From Bacteroidales bacterium (GTDB lineage: Bacteria; Bacteroidota; Bacteroidia; Bacteroidales; UBA932), in the NCBI GenBank assembly GCA_017548725.1, contig JAFYZI010000172.1:1-40769 (forward strand): a DNA stretch of 40,769 bases. Reading direction: 5' to 3'. Made by a program: the position numbers and the translations under genes. Below, in pieces: positions 32,980-40,769 of the stretch. The notes under the pieces were generated by a model. That model was not told the origin of the DNA. It saw nothing but the letters and a program-made list of their open reading frames with translations, and ran no database searches. The stretch's first letter is position 1, and each line of letters starts with the position of its first letter.

Positions 32980-34347
32980 ATGAGAAAATCTGTCCTGATA
33001 TCAGCATCCCTCGCATTATTGCTTATGGTTTGCGCATGCTCGCAGAAAGACAAGGGTCCCAAGCAGGTGGTGATCGCCACTCTCGACCCGGGTCATTTCC
33101 ACGCAGCTCTCGTCCAGAAGACATCTTACCCCCAGGTAAGCAAGGACGTATATGTTTATTCCAATCCCGGTGAGGATCTCCAGGAGCATCTTGCAAAGAT
33201 CGAGGCATATAACACACGTGCCGACAATCCTACATCGTGGAATGAGATAATCTATACCGGTCCCGACTTCCTCGAGAAGATGATCTCCGACGGCAAGGCC
33301 AACGTAATGGTGACTGCAGGTAACAACCTCAAGAAGACGGAATACATCAAGAAGACTCTCGAGGCCGGCATCAATGTCCTCGCGGACAAGCCTATGGCCA
33401 TCAATCCCGAGAACTTCGAGGTGTTGAAAGAATGTTTCAAGATTGCCAACCAGAAGAACGTGCTGCTGTATGACATCATGACCGAGCGTCATGAGATCAC
33501 CACCATCCTCCAGCGTGAACTCTCCCTGATTCCCGACATCTACGGCTCTCAGGAGAAGGGTACTCCCGAGAATCCGGGCATCACCATGGAAAGCGTGCAC
33601 CACTTCTACAAAGAGGTTTCAGGTAAGCCTAACATCCGTCCGGCATGGTTCTACGATGTTGAGCAGCAAGGCGAGGCTATCGTCGATGTAACCACTCACC
33701 TTGTCGACCTCGTACAATGGCAGTGCTACCCCGACCAGATCCTGAGCCCTTCTGATGTGAAGATCACTTCGGCAAGGCACTGGACCACCCCGTTGACTCT
33801 GGCTCAGTTCAAGGCCTCTACCGGCCTCGACGCATTCCCCGAGTTCCTGATGAAAGACGTCAAGGACGGCGTCCTCCAGGTATATCAGAATGGTGAGATC
33901 AACTATCAGCTCAAAGGTCTGAACGCATCTGTTACCGCTCTGTGGAACTATCAGGCCCCGGAAGGCGGCGGAGACACCCACTACTGCGAGATGCGCGGCA
34001 CCAAGGCCAACATCACCATCCTTCAGGGTGCGGCCCAGAACTGGAAGCCTGAGCTTTACATCAAAGCTGTCAATCCTGCTGCAGGATATGAGGATGTTCT
34101 CAAGGCTAGGTTCGCCGAGCTCGAGAAGAACTATCCCGGCATCAAGCTGGAAAAGATCGCTGACGGTGAATGGCATGTATTCGTTCCGGACTCATACCGC
34201 AACGGTCATGAGGCTCACTTCGGTCAGGTTACTGAGAACTTCCTGAAGTATTTTGACGAGGGCAAACTTCCCGACTGGGAGCAGCCCAACATGATCACCA
34301 AGTACTATACGACTACCGCAGCCTACAAGATCGCCAACGGTCAGTAG
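32980..34347 (+). CDS. Lipoprotein with a Gfo/Idh/MocA-like N-terminal fold and the 'putative oxidoreductase C-terminal' domain
   Basis: The lipoprotein signal is MRKSVLISASLALLLMVCACS. The segment VVIATLDPGHFHAALVQK and ...VMVTAGNN..K.......L.AGINVLADKPM resembles the Oxidoreduct_C-containing family. It starts 9 nt after the upstream stop. Confidence 0.6.
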   Translation: MRKSVLISASLALLLMVCACSQKDKGPKQVVIATLDPGHFHAALVQKTSYPQVSKDVYVYSNPGEDLQEHLAKIEAYNTRADNPTSWNEIIYTGPDFLEKMISDGKANVMVTAGNNLKKTEYIKKTLEAGINVLADKPMAINPENFEVLKECFKIANQKNVLLYDIMTERHEITTILQRELSLIPDIYGSQEKGTPENPGITMESVHHFYKEVSGKPNIRPAWFYDVEQQGEAIVDVTTHLVDLVQWQCYPDQILSPSDVKITSARHWTTPLTLAQFKASTGLDAFPEFLMKDVKDGVLQVYQNGEINYQLKGLNASVTALWNYQAPEGGGDTHYCEMRGTKANITILQGAAQNWKPELYIKAVNPAAGYEDVLKARFAELEKNYPGIKLEKIADGEWHVFVPDSYRNGHEAHFGQVTENFLKYFDEGKLPDWEQPNMITKYYTTTAAYKIANGQ

Positions 34348-34372
34348 CCGGCAGCTGTATGCCAATGAAAGA

Positions 34373-34401
34373 AGAGACCTTGCGAAAGGTCTCTTTTTTT
34401 T
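34373..34401 (+). terminator. Rho-independent terminator ending the three-gene oxidoreductase operon
   Basis: The sequence is AGAGACCTT-GCGA-AAGGTCTCT followed by a run of 8 T: a perfect 9-bp stem, 25 nt after the stop at 34347. Confidence 0.8.
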
Positions 34402-34433
34402 GTGCGTTTTCTTATTTAATCCGCAAAAATTCA

Positions 34434-34441
34434 TACATTTG
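34434..34441 (+). promoter_or_regulatory. Putative -7 promoter element (TACATTTG) for trxB
   Basis: It is an exact TAnnTTTG match 21 nt upstream of the ATG at 34463. Confidence 0.45.
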
Positions 34442-34462
34442 CAGGCTAAAGCAGGAGTATCC

Positions 34463-35383
34463 ATGGAACAAGTCAAATGTCTTATCATCGGCAGCGGCCC
34501 GGCAGGCTACACGGCAGCTATCTATGCTGCAAGGGCAGGGCTGGCTCCGGTAGTCATCGAGGGCATCCAGCCCGGCGGTCAGCTCACTACCACCACCGAG
34601 ATTGACAACTTCCCCGGATATCCCGACGGAGTCGATGCAAATGAGATGATGGAGGACATCCGCCGTCAGGCTCAGCGCTTTGGCGCAGACATACGTTCCG
34701 GCATAGTCACCAAAGTCGATTTCTCCCACAGGCCCTTCGCCATCGAAATGGACGGCAAGCCTGCCTTCGAGGCCGACGCTGTGATAATAGCTACCGGCGC
34801 TTCCGCCAAGTACCTCGGCCTGGACAGCGAGAAGAAGTTCCGCGGCATGGGCGTGTCTGCATGCGCTACCTGCGACGGTTTCTTCTACCGCAAGAAAGTC
34901 GTGGCTGTCGTGGGCGGCGGCGACACTGCCTGCGAAGAGGCTTCTTATCTCGCCTCTCTCTGCAGCAAGGTCTATATGATCGTGCGCCGTAACGAACTCA
35001 GGGCCACAAAGGCCATGCAGGAGAAAGTACTGTCTACAGATAATATCGAAATCCTCTGGGAATGCCAGACCAGGGAAGTGCTGGGTGACGCGAGCGGAGT
35101 GAACGGAGTCCGTCTGGTGCGCAAGAACGGCGAGGTGTTCGATGTGGCTGTGGACGGTTTCTTCCTTGCCATCGGTCATCATCCCAATTCCGACGTTTTC
35201 AAGGAGTGGATCGAGACTGATGAGCAGGGTTATATAGTTACAAAGCCCGGCACCACCGCTACCAGTGTGGAAGGCGTTTTCGCGGCGGGAGATGTGATGG
35301 ACAGCAGATACCGTCAGGCGGTCGTTGCCGCCGGCAGCGGTTGCAAAGCTGCGATGGATTTGGAGAAATATTTGAAAAAGTAG
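34463..35383 (+). CDS. trxB: Thioredoxin-disulfide reductase
   Basis: It contains LIIGSGPAGYTAAIYAARA (FAD GxGxxG), the redox-active CATCDG, VVGGGDTACEEA (NADPH site) and GVFAAGDV. I trimmed the start from 34400 to MEQVKCL. Confidence 0.92.
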   Translation: MEQVKCLIIGSGPAGYTAAIYAARAGLAPVVIEGIQPGGQLTTTTEIDNFPGYPDGVDANEMMEDIRRQAQRFGADIRSGIVTKVDFSHRPFAIEMDGKPAFEADAVIIATGASAKYLGLDSEKKFRGMGVSACATCDGFFYRKKVVAVVGGGDTACEEASYLASLCSKVYMIVRRNELRATKAMQEKVLSTDNIEILWECQTREVLGDASGVNGVRLVRKNGEVFDVAVDGFFLAIGHHPNSDVFKEWIETDEQGYIVTKPGTTATSVEGVFAAGDVMDSRYRQAVVAAGSGCKAAMDLEKYLKK

Positions 35384-35432
35384 CGTAGGATGGCTTGTTA
35401 TTTGCCAGTCGGGTGCCTTTAAAACGAAACAG

Positions 35433-36233
35433 ATGAAAGCAAGAACAATCATAATTTCTGTCTGCATGCTGGTCATGATGGCCTCATGTGCTACGGAGTA
35501 TGACAAGCTGCTCAAGGGCAACGACGTGCCGTCGAAATATGCCAAGGCTTTCGAACTCTACGAAGAAGGCAAGTTCTCAAAGGCCGCCGAGATGTTCGAA
35601 TCCCTCTCGATTGCCACCAGGGGCACTGCCCAGGATGACACCGTGCAGTTCTACTGGGCGATGAGCAACTACCGCTACAAAGACTTCGTGACGGCCGAGA
35701 GCAATTTCAACCAGTTCATCACTGTGTTCCCTCTCAGCCCGTTCACCGAGGACGCCCGCTTCTACTACATCGACTGCCTCTACAGGAGCACCTACCGCTA
35801 CGAGCTTGACCAGACTCCTACCTACAAGGCGCTGAACGAGCTCAACCGCTACATGTCGCTCTATCCCGAGAGCAAGTATATCATCGAGTGCACCCTGATG
35901 AAAGACGACCTCGAGGAGAGGCTCGACAAGAAGGCTTTCGAGGCTGCCCACCTCTACTATCACATGGAGGACTACATGGCTGCCCACTACGCTCTCAAGA
36001 ACGTGCTGAAAGAAGACGCTGAGAACAGATACAGGGAGGACATCCTATACTACGTGGCGATGTCTGCATACAAATATGCCGACAACAGCGTCGCCTCAAA
36101 GAAACATGAAAGATACCTGTCGTTCGTCGACGACTACCTTAACTTCGTGAGTGAATTCCCGGAGAGCAAGCATCGTCGCGAACTCGACAACATATATGCA
36201 AGAGTCAACAAAATAGTTAAAAGAATAGATTGA
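35433..36233 (+). CDS. bamD: Outer membrane protein assembly factor BamD (TPR lipoprotein)
   Basis: The lipoprotein signal is MKARTIIISVCMLVMMASC. It has a TPR-like Y/F/A pattern, and its position directly upstream of rpoZ-recN is as in other Bacteroidales. Confidence 0.78.
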   Translation: MKARTIIISVCMLVMMASCATEYDKLLKGNDVPSKYAKAFELYEEGKFSKAAEMFESLSIATRGTAQDDTVQFYWAMSNYRYKDFVTAESNFNQFITVFPLSPFTEDARFYYIDCLYRSTYRYELDQTPTYKALNELNRYMSLYPESKYIIECTLMKDDLEERLDKKAFEAAHLYYHMEDYMAAHYALKNVLKEDAENRYREDILYYVAMSAYKYADNSVASKKHERYLSFVDDYLNFVSEFPESKHRRELDNIYARVNKIVKRID

Positions 36234-36234
36234 A

Positions 36235-36558
36235 ATGGAAGTTAAGAAACAGGCTGTTGTCAACAACACTATAACCAGGGAACTGGCCGACATCGCTGCC
36301 CCTACAGGCAATATCTACGAATCTACGGTCATTATCGCAAAGAGAGCCAACCAGATTGCAGCTGACCTCAAGCAGGAGCTCAGCAAGAAACTTGAAGAGT
36401 TCTCGAATTACGCCGATACTCTGGAGGAGACTTTCGAGAACAGGGAGCAGATTGAAATTTCCCGCTACTACGAAAGGCTTCCGAAGCCCTCTCTGACAGC
36501 AATCAAGGAATTCCAGGAAGGCAAGGTCTTCTATCGCAAGGCTGAGTCACAGCAGTAA
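36235..36558 (+). CDS. rpoZ: RNA polymerase omega subunit (Bacteroidota-type, 107 aa)
   Basis: It contains NIYESTVIIAKRANQI, which resembles the omega core helix. It has the conserved position after bamD and starts 1 nt after the bamD stop. Confidence 0.6.
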   Translation: MEVKKQAVVNNTITRELADIAAPTGNIYESTVIIAKRANQIAADLKQELSKKLEEFSNYADTLEETFENREQIEISRYYERLPKPSLTAIKEFQEGKVFYRKAESQQ

Positions 36559-36570
36559 CGTTCCTTGCAG

Positions 36571-38187
36571 ATGCTGGCGCGGCTGACCATAAACAATTAC
36601 GCATTGATAGATGCTTTGGATATCTCATTTCCAAAGCATCTTGTAATTATAACGGGTCAGACCGGCGCCGGAAAATCAATCCTGCTGGGCGCTCTGTCGC
36701 TTCTGCTCGGTGCAAGGGCGGATGCCGACGTAATAAATGACCGCAGCCGCAACTGCGTGGTGGAGGCCCAGTTTATCGACGACGAAAGTCAGGAGAGGAT
36801 AGTGCGCCGCGTGGTGTCGCCTCAGGGCCGTTCAAGAGCGTTCATCGACGATATGCCGGTGACTCTCGACGAGCTCCGTAGCCTCACGTCTTCGCTCGTC
36901 GACATCCATTCCCAGAACAGCCAGACTCTGCTCGGCGACGGCGCCTTCCAGCGGAAGGTCCTCGACGCTTATGCAGGGGATTCAGCCCTCCTTGGCGAAT
37001 ATGAGGCCTCATACAGGCAGTTCCGTTCGCTGGAAAGGACGAAGGCCGATCTGGAGCAGAGAGTCGCTCTGGAGCAGAAGAACCGCGATTATATGCAGTT
37101 CCAGTTCGACCAGCTGAGCAAGGCTGCCCTTGAGAGCGGCGAGCTGGCCCGTCTGGAGAAGGAGCAGCTGGAGCTGGCAAATGCCGAGGAGCTGAAGCTT
37201 TCTCTGCAGACTGCCATGAGCGCGCTGGACAACGAGCGCTGCGATGTGGTCAGCGCACTTAAGGAAGCGGGCGCAAGCCTGGCGAAGGCTGCGAAGGTCA
37301 TCGACCGTCTGGAGCCGCTGACGCAGCGTCTGGAGTCGGCCCGCATTGAACTGAAAGATATATTGAATGACATTGATGCCGAGCAGGAGAGGATTAATGT
37401 AGACGATGCCAGGCTCGAGGCTGTGGAGAACAGGATCGCGCTCATCTACGATCTGATGCGCAAGCATGGGGTGGAGGACGAGGCCGGGCTTCTGGCACTG
37501 AAGGACAGTCTGCAGGCCAGCCTGCAGGAGGGTGAGGATCTCGGCGAACGTCTCGCCGGAGTGAAGCGGCAGCTGGCTGATGCTGACAAGCATTGTGCGG
37601 CTCTGTCTGCGAAACTTCACGAGGCCAGGGTGGCTGCAGCGCCGAAGCTGTCAGCAGCCTTGCAGAGCTCTGTCAGAGGGCTGGAGATGCCTTTCGCTAC
37701 TTTCAGCGCGCAGATCGAGGCTTTGCCCGAGAGAGGACCTGCCGGCGAGGATGCCGTCAGGTTTTTCTTTTCTGCCGCCGGCGACGACAGGCCGAAGGAG
37801 ATGTCGAAGGTGGCCTCCGGCGGCGAGCTGTCCCGCATCATGCTGTGCGTGAAGGCTCTCATGGCGAAACACATGCAGCTGCCTACCATGATTTTCGACG
37901 AGATTGACGTGGGAGTGTCTGGCAGCGTGGCTGACAGGATGGGCCAGATGATTGTTGAGATGGGCGACAGCATGCAGGTGATTGCCATCACCCACCTGCC
38001 TCAGGTGGCCAGCAAGGGTGATGCGCATTTTCTCGTGTACAAGGAAATCGGCGACGACCGTGTGGCTTCGTCGAAGATCAAGATGATAGAAGGGGAGGAG
38101 AGGGCCCGCGAGATCGCAAGGATGCTGAGCGGGCGTGAACTTACTCAGGAGGCTCTTGCCAATGCAAGGGTGCTTCTTTCACATTGA
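36571..38187 (+). CDS. recN: DNA repair protein RecN (SMC-like ATPase)
   Basis: It contains MLARLTINNYALID, the Walker A GQTGAGKSILLGAL, a long coiled-coil middle, the signature SGGELSRIML and the Walker B MIFDEIDVG. I chose the ATG at 36571 over the TTG at 36565. Confidence 0.9.
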   Translation: MLARLTINNYALIDALDISFPKHLVIITGQTGAGKSILLGALSLLLGARADADVINDRSRNCVVEAQFIDDESQERIVRRVVSPQGRSRAFIDDMPVTLDELRSLTSSLVDIHSQNSQTLLGDGAFQRKVLDAYAGDSALLGEYEASYRQFRSLERTKADLEQRVALEQKNRDYMQFQFDQLSKAALESGELARLEKEQLELANAEELKLSLQTAMSALDNERCDVVSALKEAGASLAKAAKVIDRLEPLTQRLESARIELKDILNDIDAEQERINVDDARLEAVENRIALIYDLMRKHGVEDEAGLLALKDSLQASLQEGEDLGERLAGVKRQLADADKHCAALSAKLHEARVAAAPKLSAALQSSVRGLEMPFATFSAQIEALPERGPAGEDAVRFFFSAAGDDRPKEMSKVASGGELSRIMLCVKALMAKHMQLPTMIFDEIDVGVSGSVADRMGQMIVEMGDSMQVIAITHLPQVASKGDAHFLVYKEIGDDRVASSKIKMIEGEERAREIARMLSGRELTQEALANARVLLSH

Positions 38188-38228
38188 CAACTAACGATAT
38201 AAACATAAAACCTAATTAAACCAGCATT

Positions 38229-39032
38229 ATGAGACTTATTATTGAAGAATCCTATGGAAAAATGTCCCAGTGGGCAGCAGAGTACATCGTAAAGCGCATC
38301 AATGAGTTCCAGCCTACTGCCGAGAAGCCCTTCGTGCTCGGCCTTCCTACCGGTTCTACTCCCATCGGTACTTACAAGGAGCTGATCCACCTGTATGAGA
38401 CAGGTAAAGTAAGTTTTGAAAATGTAGTCACCTTCAACATGGACGAGTATGTCGGCCTTCCCGAGGATCATCCCGAGAGCTACCATTCATTCATGTACAA
38501 CAATTTCTTCAATCACGTGAACGTGAAGAAAGAGAATATCAATATCCTTAACGGCAATGCCGAGGATCTCGTTGCTGAGTGCGAGCGTTACGAGGAGAAG
38601 ATCAAGTCTTACGGCGGCATCCGTCTGTTCATGGGCGGTATCGGTCCCGACGGTCACATCGCTTTCAACGAGCCGGGTTCATCTCTGTCATCACGTACAA
38701 GGCTTAAATATCTGACTACAGATACTATCATCGCCAATTCACGTTTCTTCGACCATGACATCGTAAAGGTTCCGAAGACTGCCCTTACCGTAGGCGTCGG
38801 CACCGTTATGGATGCATACGAAGTGCTTATCCTCGCCAACGGCCACAACAAGGCCCGCGCCCTTTATCATGCAGTCGAGGGTTCTGTTAACCACATGTGG
38901 ACAATCTCTGTCCTGCAGATGCACCAGAGAGGTATTATCGTCTGCGACGACGCCGCTACCGTTGAGCTTAAGGTCGGCACTGTCAATTACTACAAGGACA
39001 TCGAGCACAGGACTCTGCATAGAGAAGAGTAA
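38229..39032 (+). CDS. nagB: Glucosamine-6-phosphate deaminase
   Basis: It contains [19 protein letters not shown] and [18 protein letters not shown]. At 267 aa it shows near-canonical NagB motifs. Confidence 0.93.
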   Translation: MRLIIEESYGKMSQWAAEYIVKRINEFQPTAEKPFVLGLPTGSTPIGTYKELIHLYETGKVSFENVVTFNMDEYVGLPEDHPESYHSFMYNNFFNHVNVKKENINILNGNAEDLVAECERYEEKIKSYGGIRLFMGGIGPDGHIAFNEPGSSLSSRTRLKYLTTDTIIANSRFFDHDIVKVPKTALTVGVGTVMDAYEVLILANGHNKARALYHAVEGSVNHMWTISVLQMHQRGIIVCDDAATVELKVGTVNYYKDIEHRTLHREE

Positions 39033-39033
39033 T

Positions 39034-40769
39034 ATGGACCGCAGGCTGGCTATGGATGCTGTCCGCACTATGCTTGCGGGCTTGGGCGCTGACGCAGTGA
39101 TCGTACCTTCGAACGACTGCCATTTCGGAGAGTATGTTCCTGACTGCTTCAAGGTCCGGGAGTGGCTGAGCGGTTTCGACGGCTCTGCCGGGACGCTTGT
39201 CGTTACTTCTGAGAAGGCGGCCCTGTGGACGGACAGCCGCTATTTCATCCAGGCCGCACGCCAGCTGGAAGGTTCCGGTATCGAACTGATGAAGCTGAAG
39301 GTCGCCTCCACGCCTTCTATACCGCAGTGGCTGCGTTCGCAGAACGTGGCGGCTGTGATAGTGGACGGAGACCTTTTCAGTCGTCAGGAGTTCTGCTCCT
39401 TGAAAAAGGAGCTTGCACCGGCTGAACTGAGGGCTGTCGACGATCCTTTCCGTGATATCTGGAAGGACCGTCCGGCCATGGTCAGCAAGCCGATTGTTTT
39501 AATGCCTGAGAATATAAGCGGTGCGAGCGTCGAGGACAAGCGCCGCGCCGTTGTCTCCAGGCTTGCCTGCGAAGGGCCCTTCGCATATATCGTCAGCGCC
39601 TGCGACGAGATCATGTGGCTTTGCAACATTCGTGGCGAAGACATTGAGTATAACCCCGTGGCGCTGTCTTACTGTGTCCTCACCGAAGACTGCATCCATC
39701 TGTTCTGCCATCTGGACAGCCTTGTTGCCGAGGCCAGGAATTATCTGGAAGGGCAGCATGTCGTCCTTCACGAATATGGCTCCTTCCGCGATTTCCTGCG
39801 CGCCATCCCGGCCGGTGTCGTAAGGGTTTGCAAGTCTTCGTCCATCAATATCAACAACTGGAACGCTGTATTCGAGAAGGTGCAGCCTGCAGACTGCGAA
39901 ACTTGCTTCAAGGAGGATCCGACTGCCGGAGGCAGCATCGCTTGGCTGCGCAGCCGCAAGAACAAGGTGGAGCTTGCGGGTTTCCGCAATGCCTTCATCA
40001 ATGACGGTATCGCATGGGTCAAGCTGCTTATGTTCATCGAAGAGAAGCTTCATTCAGGTCGTCTCAACGAGTTCATGATTGCGGAGAAGCTCAAGGAGTT
40101 CCGCCGCGAATGTCCTGACTATCTGGGCGAGAGTTTCGAGCCTATAGTGGCTTACAATGCCAATGCGGCTTCGGCGCATTACAGCGTCACTTCGGCTGCC
40201 GATGCGGCTAGGATCCGTCCCTATGGCTTCCTGCTGATGGATACAGGCGCCCATTATCCTTACGGCACTACCGACACTACCCGCACGCTGATGCTCAGCG
40301 ACCGCAACGATTTTACCGGCGAGAGCGACCATCTGCTGCAGCAGATGAGGGATGATTACACTCTGGTGCTGAAAGGCATGATCGACCTGGCTACGGCCGT
40401 GTTCCCCGCAGGTACCCGCGGCAGCCAGCTGGACATCCTCGCCCGCGGCCCGATGTATCCCACCGGCAAGATGTATTACCACGGCACCAGCCATGGCATC
40501 GGCCACCATCTCTGCGTCCATGAAGCGCCGCAGATCCGCATGGAGGAAAGCCCGCTCGTCATCGACGAAGGCATGGTACTCTCCGACGAGCCTGCCATCT
40601 ACATCGAAGGCCAGTACGGCATCCGCACCGAGAACGTCATCACAGTCATCCCCTACACCGAAAACAGCTACGGCAAGTTCTTGAAATTCGACACGATGAC
40701 CCTCGTTCCCATCGACCTCCGCCCCGTCAATTTCAAGCTCCTCACCCGCAAGGAAGAACAGTGGCTCTA
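39034..40769 (+). CDS. Xaa-Pro aminopeptidase (M24B, creatinase-like N-domain), partial with the C-terminus beyond the window
   Basis: My own translation from the ATG at 39034 gives MDRRLAMDAVRTMLAGLGADAVIVPSNDCHFGEYVPDCFKVREWLSGFDGSAGTLVV...WTDSRYF. Later come GYHGTSHGIGHHLCVHE and LSDEPAIY...GIRTEN, the M24 metal ligand regions. The frame is open to the last base. It is absent from the ORF track because there is no stop. Confidence 0.85.
   Translation, partial: MDRRLAMDAVRTMLAGLGADAVIVPSNDCHFGEYVPDCFKVREWLSGFDGSAGTLVVTSEKAALWTDSRYFIQAARQLEGSGIELMKLKVASTPSIPQWLRSQNVAAVIVDGDLFSRQEFCSLKKELAPAELRAVDDPFRDIWKDRPAMVSKPIVLMPENISGASVEDKRRAVVSRLACEGPFAYIVSACDEIMWLCNIRGEDIEYNPVALSYCVLTEDCIHLFCHLDSLVAEARNYLEGQHVVLHEYGSFRDFLRAIPAGVVRVCKSSSININNWNAVFEKVQPADCETCFKEDPTAGGSIAWLRSRKNKVELAGFRNAFINDGIAWVKLLMFIEEKLHSGRLNEFMIAEKLKEFRRECPDYLGESFEPIVAYNANAASAHYSVTSAADAARIRPYGFLLMDTGAHYPYGTTDTTRTLMLSDRNDFTGESDHLLQQMRDDYTLVLKGMIDLATAVFPAGTRGSQLDILARGPMYPTGKMYYHGTSHGIGHHLCVHEAPQIRMEESPLVIDEGMVLSDEPAIYIEGQYGIRTENVITVIPYTENSYGKFLKFDTMTLVPIDLRPVNFKLLTRKEEQWL

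Overview
This is a gene-dense, mostly housekeeping chromosomal segment that looks like a Bacteroidota (Bacteroidales-type) genome. Three things support that placement. Fourteen short AT-rich spacers carry a TAnnTTTG motif (the Bacteroides -7 promoter element) at a sensible distance from a start codon. Almost no gene has a Shine-Dalgarno sequence. The synteny is typical: parA-parB-DUF5683-LysM transglycosylase, and bamD-rpoZ-recN. I call 37 protein genes, two of them truncated at the window edges, plus one tRNA-Phe and three clear rho-independent terminators. The protein genes are proA/proB, an RluA-type pseudouridine synthase, purU, grpE-dnaJ-M23 peptidase, an SDR epimerase plus a cation/H+ antiporter, a beta-helix lipoprotein, a tryptophanase-like lyase plus a DUF554 membrane protein, an in-frame hpt-adk fusion, purE, an HhH/beta-barrel-like protein, a DagK-type lipid kinase, parAB, DUF5683, an MltD-like transglycosylase, an Isf-type flavoprotein plus a nitroreductase, an acyl-ACP thioesterase plus an acyl-CoA ligase, priA, a lolD-like ABC ATPase, a ModF-like twin-NBD ATPase, a three-gene exported oxidoreductase module, trxB, bamD, rpoZ, recN, nagB and an aminopeptidase P. 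I found no integrase, transposase, CRISPR array, toxin-antitoxin pair or recognisable defence system. The long antisense ORFs in the track look like GC-rich shadow ORFs. The best candidates for undescribed biology are modest: (1) the tightly coupled, fully exported Gfo/Idh/MocA + PmoA-family(DUF6807) + Oxidoreduct_C operon at 30362-34347; (2) the stop-less hpt-adk fusion; (3) the tryptophanase-like gene coupled to a DUF554 membrane protein; (4) a ComEA-like HhH domain fused to a putative outer-membrane barrel. All product calls come from motif recognition in the translated ORFs, and no database search was possible.
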